From NCBI GenBank assembly GCA_041751935.1, contig JBGSIA010000057.1, forward strand, positions 1-64,000: a DNA stretch of 64,000 nucleotides, in the 5' to 3' direction. Origin of the DNA: Pirellulaceae bacterium. GTDB taxonomy: Bacteria > Planctomycetota > Planctomycetia > Pirellulales > Pirellulaceae. Below, in pieces: positions 1 through 8,478 of the stretch. The stretch's first letter is position 1, and the number at the start of each line of letters is the position of its first letter. Under the pieces are notes generated by a model that was not told the DNA's origin, did not search any database, and saw only the letters and a list, made by a program, of their open reading frames with translations. The position numbers were made by a program, and so were the translations under genes.

Positions 1-506
1 CCGCAGCATTGCGATTGGAAGAATTCATGTGCTCCGATACGAGTTGCACATAACGTTTTTGCAGTCGCCGATCCATCGGCGGAAGTTTAAGTCCATCCAG
101 AACAGCCTAAACTATTTGGCGAGTTGTGTAGATACCAATGCTCTCCCAGAGAGAGGGGGAAAGTATGGATGCGAGAGACGCGGCGGCCAAGGGCATCCCA
201 TTTGTAGGACACATCCGCCGTGCTGTCGTTGTCGACGTCGACCGGCTCGCAATTCGCCAGCCGATCTTCGTCGTCGTAGGTTCGCGATTCACTCATGAGC
301 AGTATTATAGCTGCTGCCGGTCACCCGAAGCATTGTCAGGAGACGAACGAGGATCGAGCTGGGAATACGCGAGGGGCATGAGGAGCCTTGCCGCAAAAGA
401 TTTCGTGATTTTAATAGCGGAATCGAGGACAGTAGCCTTGTTAGCGGCACTGCGTTACACTCAAAGCATCGTATCCGGAACGACTCCTCAACCTGCGGTG
501 CAACTC

Positions 507-1610
507 ATGGGACTGTTCGACAAGCTGCGCGGCGAACTCAGCGACATCATCGAATGGATCGATGATTCCAAACATACGTTGGTTTGGCGTTTTCCCCGCT
601 ACAACAACGAAATCAAGAACGGGGCGCAATTAATCGTCCGCCCTGGACAGACGGCCGTTCTGGTTCACAACGGAAAAATGGCGGACGTCTATCCGCCAGG
701 CCACTATGAGTTAACGACTGAGAACATGCCGGTCATGACGACATTGGCTGGTTGGAAATATGGTTTTGCGAGTCCGTTCAAGGCGGAAGTGTATTTTGTT
801 AGCACACGCCAAATCACGGATCTGAAATGGGGCACGCCCAATCCGATCATGTTGCGAGATCCGGAATTCGGCCCGATTCGAATTCGTGCGTTCGGTACCT
901 ACTCGCTGAAAGCGGTTGATCCGAAAGCGTTGTTAACGGAGATTGTTGGCACCGACGGTGATTTCCAAAGCGACGAAATCACGGACTTGTTGCGCAGTAT
1001 GATCACTTCTGCGTTTTCGGATGTGATTGCCAGGCTGGATATTGCCGCCCTCGATCTCGCGTCGCAGTATCAACGCATCGCAACGGAAGTTCGCAAAGCT
1101 GTTGTCGAACAAATAGACGATGAATACGGATTGGATTGTCCGCAACTGATTGTTGTTAATATTTCGCTTCCCGAAGCTGTCGAGAAGGCACTGGACACTC
1201 GCACGAGCATGGGCGTGATTGGCGACATGGATCGGTTCCAGCAGTACCAAATGGGCCAAGCGATGACGGCGGCGGCTGAGAACCCCAGCGGCGGAGGAGC
1301 TGCCGAAGGAATGGGTTTGGGGATGGGCTTCGCAATGGCCAATCGCATGATGCCTCAAGTTGGAGTGCAACCTGGCGGCATGGCTCCGCCACCTCTACCG
1401 CCGACCAGCGTCTGGCATGTCACCGTCAACGGTGAAACTCGTGGTCCGTTCTCGCTGCAGCAAATGATTGCTGGGATATCCAGTGGTGAGGTACGCAGTG
1501 ACTCGCTCGTTTGGACTGCGGGAATGTCGGGTTGGACGGTCGCCACGCAAGTTCCGCAACTTGCCGCCTACTTCACCGCCTCGCCTCCACCGCCGCCTCC
1601 CGCAGCATGA
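507..1610 (+). CDS. SPFH/Band-7 family membrane-scaffold protein (Band_7_1, B. subtilis YdjI-like) with C-terminal DUF4339 (GYF-like) domain
   Basis: ATG at 507 opens with MGLFDKLRGELSD, the characteristic N-terminus of Band_7_1/COG4260 proteins. A Gly/Met-rich low-complexity linker follows, then a C-terminal 'VWHVTVNGETRGPFSLQQM...LVWTAGMSGW' DUF4339-type repeat. The ORF track extends upstream to 138 but that extension has no family-like sequence. The stop overlaps the next gene as ATGA. Confidence 0.75.
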   Translation: MGLFDKLRGELSDIIEWIDDSKHTLVWRFPRYNNEIKNGAQLIVRPGQTAVLVHNGKMADVYPPGHYELTTENMPVMTTLAGWKYGFASPFKAEVYFVSTRQITDLKWGTPNPIMLRDPEFGPIRIRAFGTYSLKAVDPKALLTEIVGTDGDFQSDEITDLLRSMITSAFSDVIARLDIAALDLASQYQRIATEVRKAVVEQIDDEYGLDCPQLIVVNISLPEAVEKALDTRTSMGVIGDMDRFQQYQMGQAMTAAAENPSGGGAAEGMGLGMGFAMANRMMPQVGVQPGGMAPPPLPPTSVWHVTVNGETRGPFSLQQMIAGISSGEVRSDSLVWTAGMSGWTVATQVPQLAAYFTASPPPPPPAA

Positions 1611-2002
1611 CCCGATCGCTCAGTCACTTCCCACAACAGTCCAACATCGAATTGGCTCCCGCTGGCGTCGAATGGGTGGTGGATGCTTTTCGATGTGATC
1701 CGGATCGCTTGCGTGACTTGAATCTTATTGTCTGCATTTGTCGCGACGTCGTCAGCGAACTCGGTTTGCGAATCGTCGGTGAGCCGCTAAAGCACGCATT
1801 CCCTGCGCCCGGCGGAGTGACCGCATTGTTCATGCTCAGTGAGTCGCACTTGGCATGCCACACTTATCCTGAGTACGCTCTGGCAACGTTCAATTTGTAC
1901 TGTTGTCGCGAGCGTCCGGCGTGGCCGTGGCAGGGAAAACTACTCGTTGCACTGGAGTCCGACGAAGTCTGTGTGCGTTCCATTCCAAGAGGCCGGTCGT
2001 GA
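1607..2002 (+). CDS. speH: S-adenosylmethionine decarboxylase proenzyme, small class 1A (SpeH-type)
   Basis: 131 aa carrying 'FMLSESHLACHTYPE', the pyruvoyl-forming Ser self-cleavage motif of class-1A AdoMetDC. ATG at 1607 overlaps the upstream stop as ATGA. Confidence 0.8.
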   Translation: MTRSLSHFPQQSNIELAPAGVEWVVDAFRCDPDRLRDLNLIVCICRDVVSELGLRIVGEPLKHAFPAPGGVTALFMLSESHLACHTYPEYALATFNLYCCRERPAWPWQGKLLVALESDEVCVRSIPRGRS

Positions 2003-3546
2003 AGCATCGAACGGCGAATTGTCCGGCTTGCGGCGGGCCGGTGGAGTTCAAAACAGGCTCGTCGCTGGTCACTGTTTGTGAGTTTTGTGATAGCGTCATT
2101 GCACGCGGTGACAAAAAGGTCGAAGACTATGGCAAGGTTGCCGACCTGGGCGAAACCAACTCCGGAATGCGACTTGGGTTGGAAGGCAAATTCAACCACA
2201 AGTCCTTTTTTGTTTCCGGACGTGTTCGTTACCAGCATCCCGCAGGAGGTGTTTGGGATGAATGGTACCTCGCGCTGCCAGGAGAGCGTTGGGGATGGCT
2301 CGCCGAGGCACAAGGAAACTTTTATTTGTTGTTTGAACGCAACCTTACAAGCCGTACGGAGTTGCCGGAATTCAATTCGCTCACGATTTCTTCGCCTGTT
2401 ACGCTCGGAAAAACCAAATTTTCCGTTCGCGAGAAAGGGATCGCGACGGGATTGTCCGCTGAGGGCGAGATTCCCTGGGCCTTTCGTCCAGGCTGTGAGC
2501 ACAAGTTCGTAGACCTGGAGAACGAGGAAGGAGTATTCGCGACGCTGGAGTACGGGGCTTCGCCTGCCGCGTTTGTCGGCAAGCAAGTAACGCTCGAGCA
2601 ACTTGGAATTGATACCAGCGATGATCATCCCGACAATGACTCATTGCCGGTTGCGGCGCTGCATTTAAATTGCCCCAAGTGTGGTGGATCGTTGATTCTG
2701 CGAGCCCCCGATCAAACGGAGCGTGTAACCTGTCGTAACTGCGATTCGCTGTTAGACGCTGCGGGAGGCAAACTGGCGTACTTTAGTACTTTGCGGCGTC
2801 AGAAAATCACACCGTTGATTCCGATAGGACGAGCAGGAAAAATTGCTGGCGTCGAGTACACCGTGATTGGCTTCATGGAACGATTTGCCACATACGAGGG
2901 AACGAAGTATCCGTGGACTGAATACTTGCTCTATAATCACAAGATTGGTTTCCGTTGGTTGGTTTGCAATCAGAGTCATTGGTCGTTCGTGGAACCGGTG
3001 AAGATCAGCGATACGCCGGCAATGGATCGAATCAGTTACGATGGTTCGTCGTTTCGCATCTACGATCGTGGCACCGCTTACGTCCGCTATGTTCTAGGCG
3101 AGTTTTATTGGCGCGTCAGCGAAGGTGATTACGTCGGAACGGCTGACTTCATTGCACCCCCGCGAATGCTGTCGTTTGAGTGGACAAAAACGGCGAAACT
3201 TGAAGAGATCAATGTATCCTTGGGAACGTACATGCAGCACGAGGAGATCGAGGCAGCGTTTGGCGTCAAGGGCCTTCCACGTTCTTGGGGTGTGGGTCCG
3301 ATTTCGCCTGCGCCAGCAGTAGGACCAGCGATTTACGTTGCTTGGATGGCGTTTTCTTTGGTGATGTTATTGATTCACGCAATGTATTACACCGGTGCAG
3401 CAACGACCGGTTCTGATGGTTGGTTATTGTTTTATGGGCTCGCGTTCCTTGCTGTTCCTCCGGTTGGGATAATGTTTTATCGTCACGGTTTCGAGGTTCA
3501 GCGGTGGAGCAACAGTGACTACAGTCCTTATGCGTCGAGCGAGTAA
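1999..3546 (+). CDS. Tandem [zinc-ribbon + DUF4178] x2 protein with C-terminal 2-TM anchor (YdjG/YdjH-like fusion)
   Basis: GTG at 1999 overlaps the speH stop as GTGA. Two repeats of C-x2-C...C-x2-C ribbons (NCPACGG..CEFCDS and NCPKCGG..CRNCDS) are each followed by a ~200-aa DUF4178-like beta-rich region with a W/Y-rich core. Two hydrophobic helices close the C-terminus. The alternative start at 1903 would overlap speH by 100 nt. Confidence 0.65.
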   Translation: MKHRTANCPACGGPVEFKTGSSLVTVCEFCDSVIARGDKKVEDYGKVADLGETNSGMRLGLEGKFNHKSFFVSGRVRYQHPAGGVWDEWYLALPGERWGWLAEAQGNFYLLFERNLTSRTELPEFNSLTISSPVTLGKTKFSVREKGIATGLSAEGEIPWAFRPGCEHKFVDLENEEGVFATLEYGASPAAFVGKQVTLEQLGIDTSDDHPDNDSLPVAALHLNCPKCGGSLILRAPDQTERVTCRNCDSLLDAAGGKLAYFSTLRRQKITPLIPIGRAGKIAGVEYTVIGFMERFATYEGTKYPWTEYLLYNHKIGFRWLVCNQSHWSFVEPVKISDTPAMDRISYDGSSFRIYDRGTAYVRYVLGEFYWRVSEGDYVGTADFIAPPRMLSFEWTKTAKLEEINVSLGTYMQHEEIEAAFGVKGLPRSWGVGPISPAPAVGPAIYVAWMAFSLVMLLIHAMYYTGAATTGSDGWLLFYGLAFLAVPPVGIMFYRHGFEVQRWSNSDYSPYASSE

Positions 3547-3552
3547 GATCCA

Positions 3553-3726
3553 ATGAAACGAACGTTGTTGATTACGTACTTGAGTTTCGGCGTTTGCGTT
3601 TGTGTCTGGTTTACGATCGCTGCGGCAAATGCGTGGCGCGCGCCAAACTTTGGTGTTTTGGACGGCTCGTCGTCGAGCGGTTCCTATGGACGTTCTTATG
3701 GTGGCTCCTGGGGAGGTGGGAAATAG
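3553..3726 (+). CDS. Small secreted Gly/Ser/Tyr-rich peptide (57 aa, signal peptide with predicted ~27-aa mature part)
   Basis: ATG at 3553 lies 6 nt after the upstream stop. The product is MKRTLLITYLSFGVCVCVWFTIAAANA|WRAPNFGVLDGSSSSGSYGRSYGGSWGGGK, with a stop at 3724-3726. The next gene starts 8 nt later. It is missing from the ORF track because it is shorter than 60 aa. Confidence 0.35.
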   Translation: MKRTLLITYLSFGVCVCVWFTIAAANAWRAPNFGVLDGSSSSGSYGRSYGGSWGGGK

Positions 3727-3734
3727 TGGTATCA

Positions 3735-4022
3735 ATGCAAACTGGATTTGAATCGTTACGAATGCTAGGTCAAGCGGCTCAGTTGGCGCCGGTGCGGGCA
3801 GAGAGCGGCATGCACCTGCTGGGTGAACACTTGTTGGCAGCGATTGTGTTTTCGATCGTCGGCATCATCGTGTTCTTCATCTGTCTTTTGATCATGGACA
3901 AGCTGACGCCGTTCTCGATCATTAAAGAGATCTTCGAGGAACACAACGAGGCTTTGGCGATCATTGTGGGTGCGATTGTGCTGGGAATTTCGGTCATTAT
4001 TGCCGCTGCGATATTGGGATAA
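3735..4022 (+). CDS. DUF350 (YjfL-like) small integral membrane protein
   Basis: ATG at 3735 gives [16 protein letters not shown].. followed by two to three TM helices. Size and pattern match E. coli YjfL-type DUF350 proteins. The 3594 start in the track adds a Cys/Trp-rich extension that overlaps the small-peptide ORF. Confidence 0.65.
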   Translation: MQTGFESLRMLGQAAQLAPVRAESGMHLLGEHLLAAIVFSIVGIIVFFICLLIMDKLTPFSIIKEIFEEHNEALAIIVGAIVLGISVIIAAAILG

Positions 4023-4033
4023 CCCCGTCGTTG

Positions 4034-5566
4034 ATGAATCGAGCACCGCTGTATCTGCTGTATTTAAATGTGTTGGTCATCGCGACCTGCGGGTTGATTT
4101 ACGAATTGCTGGCCGGAACGTTGGCGAGTTATTTGCTCGGCGATTCCGTCACTCAGTTTTCGCTGGTGATCGGTGTGTATTTGTCAGCTCTGGGCGTGGG
4201 CGCTTGGCTGTCGCAATACGTGCATACGAAAATCGCCCGTACTTTCATCGAAGTCGAATTAGCGCTCGCACTGGTCGGAGGAGCGTCCGCGCCGCTTCTG
4301 TTTGTCGTCTTTGCCTGGATTCAATGGTTTCAGCTCGCCTTGTTCGGGTTGGTGTTCATCATCGGGATCCTGGTGGGACTGGAGTTGCCGTTACTGATGC
4401 GGATTCTCAAAGAGCATCTCGATTTTGAAGATCTCGTATCTCGTGTATTGACGTTCGACTACATCGGAGCGTTATTGGCTTCGCTACTGTTTCCGATTTT
4501 TCTCATTCCGTATCTTGGATTGGTTCGGACTTCGCTGCTGTTTGGAATCCTCAACGCCCTGGTCGGTTTGTGGGGGACCTATCTCCTGCGGCCAATCTTG
4601 AGTGAACGTGGTCTGGGAGGTTTGCGTGGACGGGCCGTCTTGGTCGTGGGACTGTTGGTCGTGGGGCTAATCAAGGCCGATTCGCTAACCATGATTGCTG
4701 AAGAAACGATACTTGCGAATCCGATCGTTTTTGCCGAGCAAACGCCTTTCCAGCGGATCGTGATGACGCAAAATCGACGCGGTTTTCAGTTACACCTCAA
4801 TGGGCATCTACAATTCAATTCCGCTGACGAGTATCGCTATCACGAGGCGCTCGTTCATCCGCCGATGTCAGCCGTTGCACAGCCGCGTCACGTATTGGTG
4901 CTCGGTGGCGGCGATGGACTCGCCGTACGCGAGGTATTGAAGTACCCATCGGTCGAGTCCGTGACCCTTGTCGATATCGATCCAGCCATGACCCGGATTG
5001 CGAGCGAATTTCCACTCCTTGTTGAATTGAACGAGCGTTCGTTGCTGGACCCGCGAGTCCATGTCGTCAATCGCGATGCGTTCGTATGGATCAGCGAATC
5101 GAACCAGTCAGGACATCGATACGATGTGGCGATCATCGATTTTCCTGATCCCGGTAGCTACTCAGTTGGGAAGCTGTACACAACGCGTTTTTTTGGCTTG
5201 TTGCGTTCGCTGTTAACTGAATCATCGCGTGTTTCTATACAGTGTACGTCTCCGCTGGTTGCGCCGAATTCGTATTGGTGCATTATCAACACGATGCGAC
5301 GAACCGGATTTGATGTGCGTCCCTATTGTGCTGCTGTACCATCCTTTGGTGTCTGGGGATTTGCATTTGCAACGGTGGGTCCCGGTACCGGCGAACCGAT
5401 TGAGCTCGCCGAGTCCTTGAGCACGCTCAAATTTCTGACGCCGACGGTGATGCAGTCCTTGTTTGATCTGCCATCGGATGTGTATCCCCGGGAAACGGAA
5501 TTGAATCAACTCAACAATCAAGTGCTGGTCCGGTATTACGATACAGAGTGGAACGCGGGCGAATGA
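4034..5566 (+). CDS. speE: Polyamine aminopropyltransferase (spermidine synthase-like) fused to an N-terminal ~7-TM membrane domain
   Basis: The N-terminal ~230 aa form hydrophobic helices. The C-terminal domain carries the spermidine-synthase signature '[18 protein letters not shown]...[10 protein letters not shown]...[10 protein letters not shown]'. ATG at 4034 (TTG at 4031) lies 11 nt after the DUF350 stop. Confidence 0.85.
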   Translation: MNRAPLYLLYLNVLVIATCGLIYELLAGTLASYLLGDSVTQFSLVIGVYLSALGVGAWLSQYVHTKIARTFIEVELALALVGGASAPLLFVVFAWIQWFQLALFGLVFIIGILVGLELPLLMRILKEHLDFEDLVSRVLTFDYIGALLASLLFPIFLIPYLGLVRTSLLFGILNALVGLWGTYLLRPILSERGLGGLRGRAVLVVGLLVVGLIKADSLTMIAEETILANPIVFAEQTPFQRIVMTQNRRGFQLHLNGHLQFNSADEYRYHEALVHPPMSAVAQPRHVLVLGGGDGLAVREVLKYPSVESVTLVDIDPAMTRIASEFPLLVELNERSLLDPRVHVVNRDAFVWISESNQSGHRYDVAIIDFPDPGSYSVGKLYTTRFFGLLRSLLTESSRVSIQCTSPLVAPNSYWCIINTMRRTGFDVRPYCAAVPSFGVWGFAFATVGPGTGEPIELAESLSTLKFLTPTVMQSLFDLPSDVYPRETELNQLNNQVLVRYYDTEWNAGE

Positions 5567-7206
5567 GCGAGCCGACAGCGAATCTGTCTCGACGCGAGTT
5601 GTTGGGTCTGCTGATAGGGGCTCACGCTACAGCGTACGTCGGATGTTCTACCTCTTCGTTGCCAATCGAAGGTCAACTGCTCAGCCCCGAGTTCGTTGTT
5701 GGACATCGGATACGTGACGGATTCAAACCGATGATTCCTGCGGGCAATACCAAACAGCCTGAAGTCGTGATTGTCGGTGGCGGCATTGCGGGTCTGACAG
5801 CTGCCTGGCGTTTACTTCGTGGCGGAATCAATGATTTCGTGCTGTTGGAGATCGAAGCCGTTCCCGGTGGAACCGCTCGGGGCGGCCGCTTCGAACAGTT
5901 TGCTTTTCCTTGGGGAGCGCACTATGTTCCGACTCCGCTAAAAGAAAACGCTTTACTGGTCAACCTGTTAACGGAAATGAAGGTCGTCACCGCAACGAAC
6001 GAGCACGGGGAACCGATTGTTGCGGAACAGTATCTGTGTCGTGAACCGCACGAACGTGTATTTGCCGACGGCCAGTGGTTCGAGGGATTGTATCCGTTTG
6101 CGGGAGCTTCGCATGATGACTTACAGCAACTGCACTCCTTTCGCCGTGTCATCGACGAGTGGATATCGCGGCGAGACGAGCTGGGTCGGCGAATGTTTGC
6201 AATCCCGATTTCCACGGCTTCCGATTGTGACGAGGTGACAGCACTCGACAAGATTTCCATGAGCGATTGGATGCATGAGAATGGCTGGACGTCACCGCGA
6301 TTGCGATGGTTAGTCGACTATTCATGTCGCGATGATTATGGATTGACGATTGAACAAACCAGTGCCTGGGCGGGGCTCTTTTATTTTGGGTCAAGAACAC
6401 AACACCCCAGCGATCCGTCACCAGAAATGATCACGTTTCCCGAAGGAAATGCCGCAATTGTTAAGTACCTTAGCGACTGTATCGGTGACCGAATCCGCTA
6501 CTCACATGCCGTGTATGATATTCAAGTCGGTACCGATACTCAGCGTCCGATTGTCAGCGTGTTGGATTATAACCGCGATGGACTAGTTATGTATAAGCCA
6601 AATCGCGTTATTTTTGCCGCACCACAGTTTGTCGCTCCCTATTTGATTCGTGATTTTGAGGCACACAGTCACCGCAGTACCCAGTCGTTTCGCTACGGTT
6701 CATGGTTAGTTGCCAATGTGCATCTGCGAGATCGACCGACTGAAAAAAGTATGCCGATGTGTTGGGACAATGTAATTTACGGCAGCAAATCGCTTGGGTA
6801 TGTGACGTCGACGCATCAAACGGGACTTGATCACGGCGCGACGGTGATCACTTGGTATTATCCCTTGACCGACGATGGAAAGGTATCGCGTCAACAATTG
6901 CTGTCGCTAAGCTGGAACGATTGGTCAGAAATGATCGTCGCTGATTTGCGCTACGCTCATCCGGACATCGAACCGCTCATCAGCACGATTGACATCATGA
7001 GATGGGGGCACGCGATGATCCAACCGAGACCGGGATTCGTGTGGAGCGATGCTCGGCGCGACGCGTCCAAACCGTTTGGTCGAATCCATTTTGCGAACAC
7101 CGACTTGAGTGGCATTGCGTTGTTGGAAGAAGCCTTTGCTCACGGCGTGCGAGCTGCGGACGAGATCTTGGGTGCTGGTCATCCGCCGGATAATACGGTG
7201 GCATAA
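5563..7206 (+). CDS. FAD-dependent amine oxidase-family oxidoreductase with a Tat-like signal
   Basis: ATG at 5563 overlaps the speE stop as ATGA. The N-terminus '[20 protein letters not shown]' looks like a Tat signal with a lipobox-like Cys. The dinucleotide fold is '[17 protein letters not shown]'. The C-terminal '[19 protein letters not shown]' resembles flavin amine oxidases. Confidence 0.7.
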   Translation: MSEPTANLSRRELLGLLIGAHATAYVGCSTSSLPIEGQLLSPEFVVGHRIRDGFKPMIPAGNTKQPEVVIVGGGIAGLTAAWRLLRGGINDFVLLEIEAVPGGTARGGRFEQFAFPWGAHYVPTPLKENALLVNLLTEMKVVTATNEHGEPIVAEQYLCREPHERVFADGQWFEGLYPFAGASHDDLQQLHSFRRVIDEWISRRDELGRRMFAIPISTASDCDEVTALDKISMSDWMHENGWTSPRLRWLVDYSCRDDYGLTIEQTSAWAGLFYFGSRTQHPSDPSPEMITFPEGNAAIVKYLSDCIGDRIRYSHAVYDIQVGTDTQRPIVSVLDYNRDGLVMYKPNRVIFAAPQFVAPYLIRDFEAHSHRSTQSFRYGSWLVANVHLRDRPTEKSMPMCWDNVIYGSKSLGYVTSTHQTGLDHGATVITWYYPLTDDGKVSRQQLLSLSWNDWSEMIVADLRYAHPDIEPLISTIDIMRWGHAMIQPRPGFVWSDARRDASKPFGRIHFANTDLSGIALLEEAFAHGVRAADEILGAGHPPDNTVA

Positions 7207-7262
7207 TAAGAACCTATCCGAAAACCAAAGAAGCACCCGCAGCCGGCGCCGTCGGCTCACGG
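7207..7262 (+). terminator. Nested stem-loop after the amine oxidase gene (putative operon terminator or structured element)
   Basis: The outer inverted repeat CCTATCCGAAAACC...GGCTTTTGGATAGG encloses the inner AGCCGGC-gcc-GTCGGCT hairpin, which has one G-U pair. There is no clean T-tract. Confidence 0.4.
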
Positions 7263-7363
7263 CTTTTGGATAGGTACTAAGTGGTGGCGACTTTCATTCG
7301 CCAATACCTAAAATGTTGACTAAAAGTCGACGCTACATTAAGACTCCGTCACTTATTGATCCC

Positions 7364-8437
7364 ACGATGCTTTGTGCAGTGTCCAAGACGTCAGCAATGG
7401 AAACAAAACACAGCCTGCCGTGGTTGTTCTCTCCTTTTGTCGATGTGCTAACCTTTCTTGGTAGTGCATTGATAGCGTTGGGGCTGTTGGCAATCGGTGC
7501 ACCGCTTGGTTGGTTGCACAGCGAGACGCCTCGCTGGGCCTGGGTGGTCGCGATCCTGATGATCGACGTCGCTCATGTTTATGCGACAGGCTTTCGCGTT
7601 TATTTTGATCGAGAAGAGTTGAAACGGCGTCCATGGTTGTATGGTCTGACGCCAGTGTTGGCCTATCTTTTTGCCTGGGCAGTGTACTCCGAGAGCGTCG
7701 AGCTATTCTGGCGTCTGTTGGCCTATTTGGCGCTGTTTCATTTTGTTCGCCAGCAGTATGGATGGGTCTCTTTGTATCGATCACGTGGTCGCGAGACATC
7801 TAGGATTGGTTGGTGGATTGATGCCAGCGCCATCTATTTATCGATGCTTTACCCGATTGTTTATTGGCACTGCAATATGCCACGCCGTTTTTGGTGGTTT
7901 CGTCAGGGTGACTTTGCCTCGCTCTCCATTGATTTTTCGAGATACTTATTGCCAGTTTATGCGGTCGCCTTGGCCACCTATTTTGTTCGGTCGGTCTATC
8001 GAACCTTTTGGAAGCGAACGCCGAATCCTGGGAAAGACATGGTCGTATTCACCACGGCGGTTTGTTGGTATGTCGGCGTCGTTGCATTCGATTCGGATTA
8101 TGCATTCACGGTGACTAACGTTATCATCCATGGTGTCCCATACATGGTCCTCGTTTACTGGTATCGATTCGGACGCGAGCAGCGAGAGGAGCGAAGCTCC
8201 CTCCGGCACCTTGCTTCGTTCCTGGGCATTATTTGGATGCTGGCGTATGCGGAAGAACTGCTCTGGGATAGTGGCGTGTGGCGAGAGCGATCATGGTTGT
8301 TTGGCGGCTGGCAACTTGATGTGTGGGACACGATTCTCGTTTCGTTTTTGGCCGTCCCGCAAATTACGCACTATGTTCTGGACGGGTTTATCTGGCGTCG
8401 AAGAACGAGCACACGACTTTCGGAAATGATAGACTAG
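7364..8437 (+). CDS. Polytopic integral membrane protein of unknown function
   Basis: At least 8 hydrophobic helices and conserved His/Trp-rich loops (HVYATGFRVYFD, FHFVRQQYGW, IIHGVPYMVLVYWY). The start is uncertain among 7313, 7364 and 7394. Confidence 0.45.
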   Translation, partial: TMLCAVSKTSAMETKHSLPWLFSPFVDVLTFLGSALIALGLLAIGAPLGWLHSETPRWAWVVAILMIDVAHVYATGFRVYFDREELKRRPWLYGLTPVLAYLFAWAVYSESVELFWRLLAYLALFHFVRQQYGWVSLYRSRGRETSRIGWWIDASAIYLSMLYPIVYWHCNMPRRFWWFRQGDFASLSIDFSRYLLPVYAVALATYFVRSVYRTFWKRTPNPGKDMVVFTTAVCWYVGVVAFDSDYAFTVTNVIIHGVPYMVLVYWYRFGREQREERSSLRHLASFLGIIWMLAYAEELLWDSGVWRERSWLFGGWQLDVWDTILVSFLAVPQITHYVLDGFIWRRRTSTRLSEMID

Positions 8438-8478
8438 GTTTCCCACGATCAACCGTCCGTTTGTACTTCGGAGTTTTC

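Noticed and set aside
138-506. N-terminal 123-aa extension of the SPFH ORF, and the overlapping 29-298 (+), 87-296 (-) and 107-292 (-) ORFs
   Set aside because: The extension is Arg/Cys-rich with no family-like sequence. Band_7_1 proteins start with MGLFDK, which is the ATG at 507. The small overlapping ORFs sit mutually antisense in what is most likely the promoter and leader of the operon, and I have no basis for choosing any of them.
1864-2628. 254-aa minus-strand ORF
   Set aside because: It is fully antisense to the DUF4178 gene, Arg/Ser-rich and matches no motif. It is a shadow ORF.
3964-4428. 154-aa plus-strand ORF
   Set aside because: It lies out of frame inside the 5' end of the TM-SpeE gene, whose frame encodes coherent TM helices. 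The overlap is a GC-rich alternative frame with Arg-rich junk.
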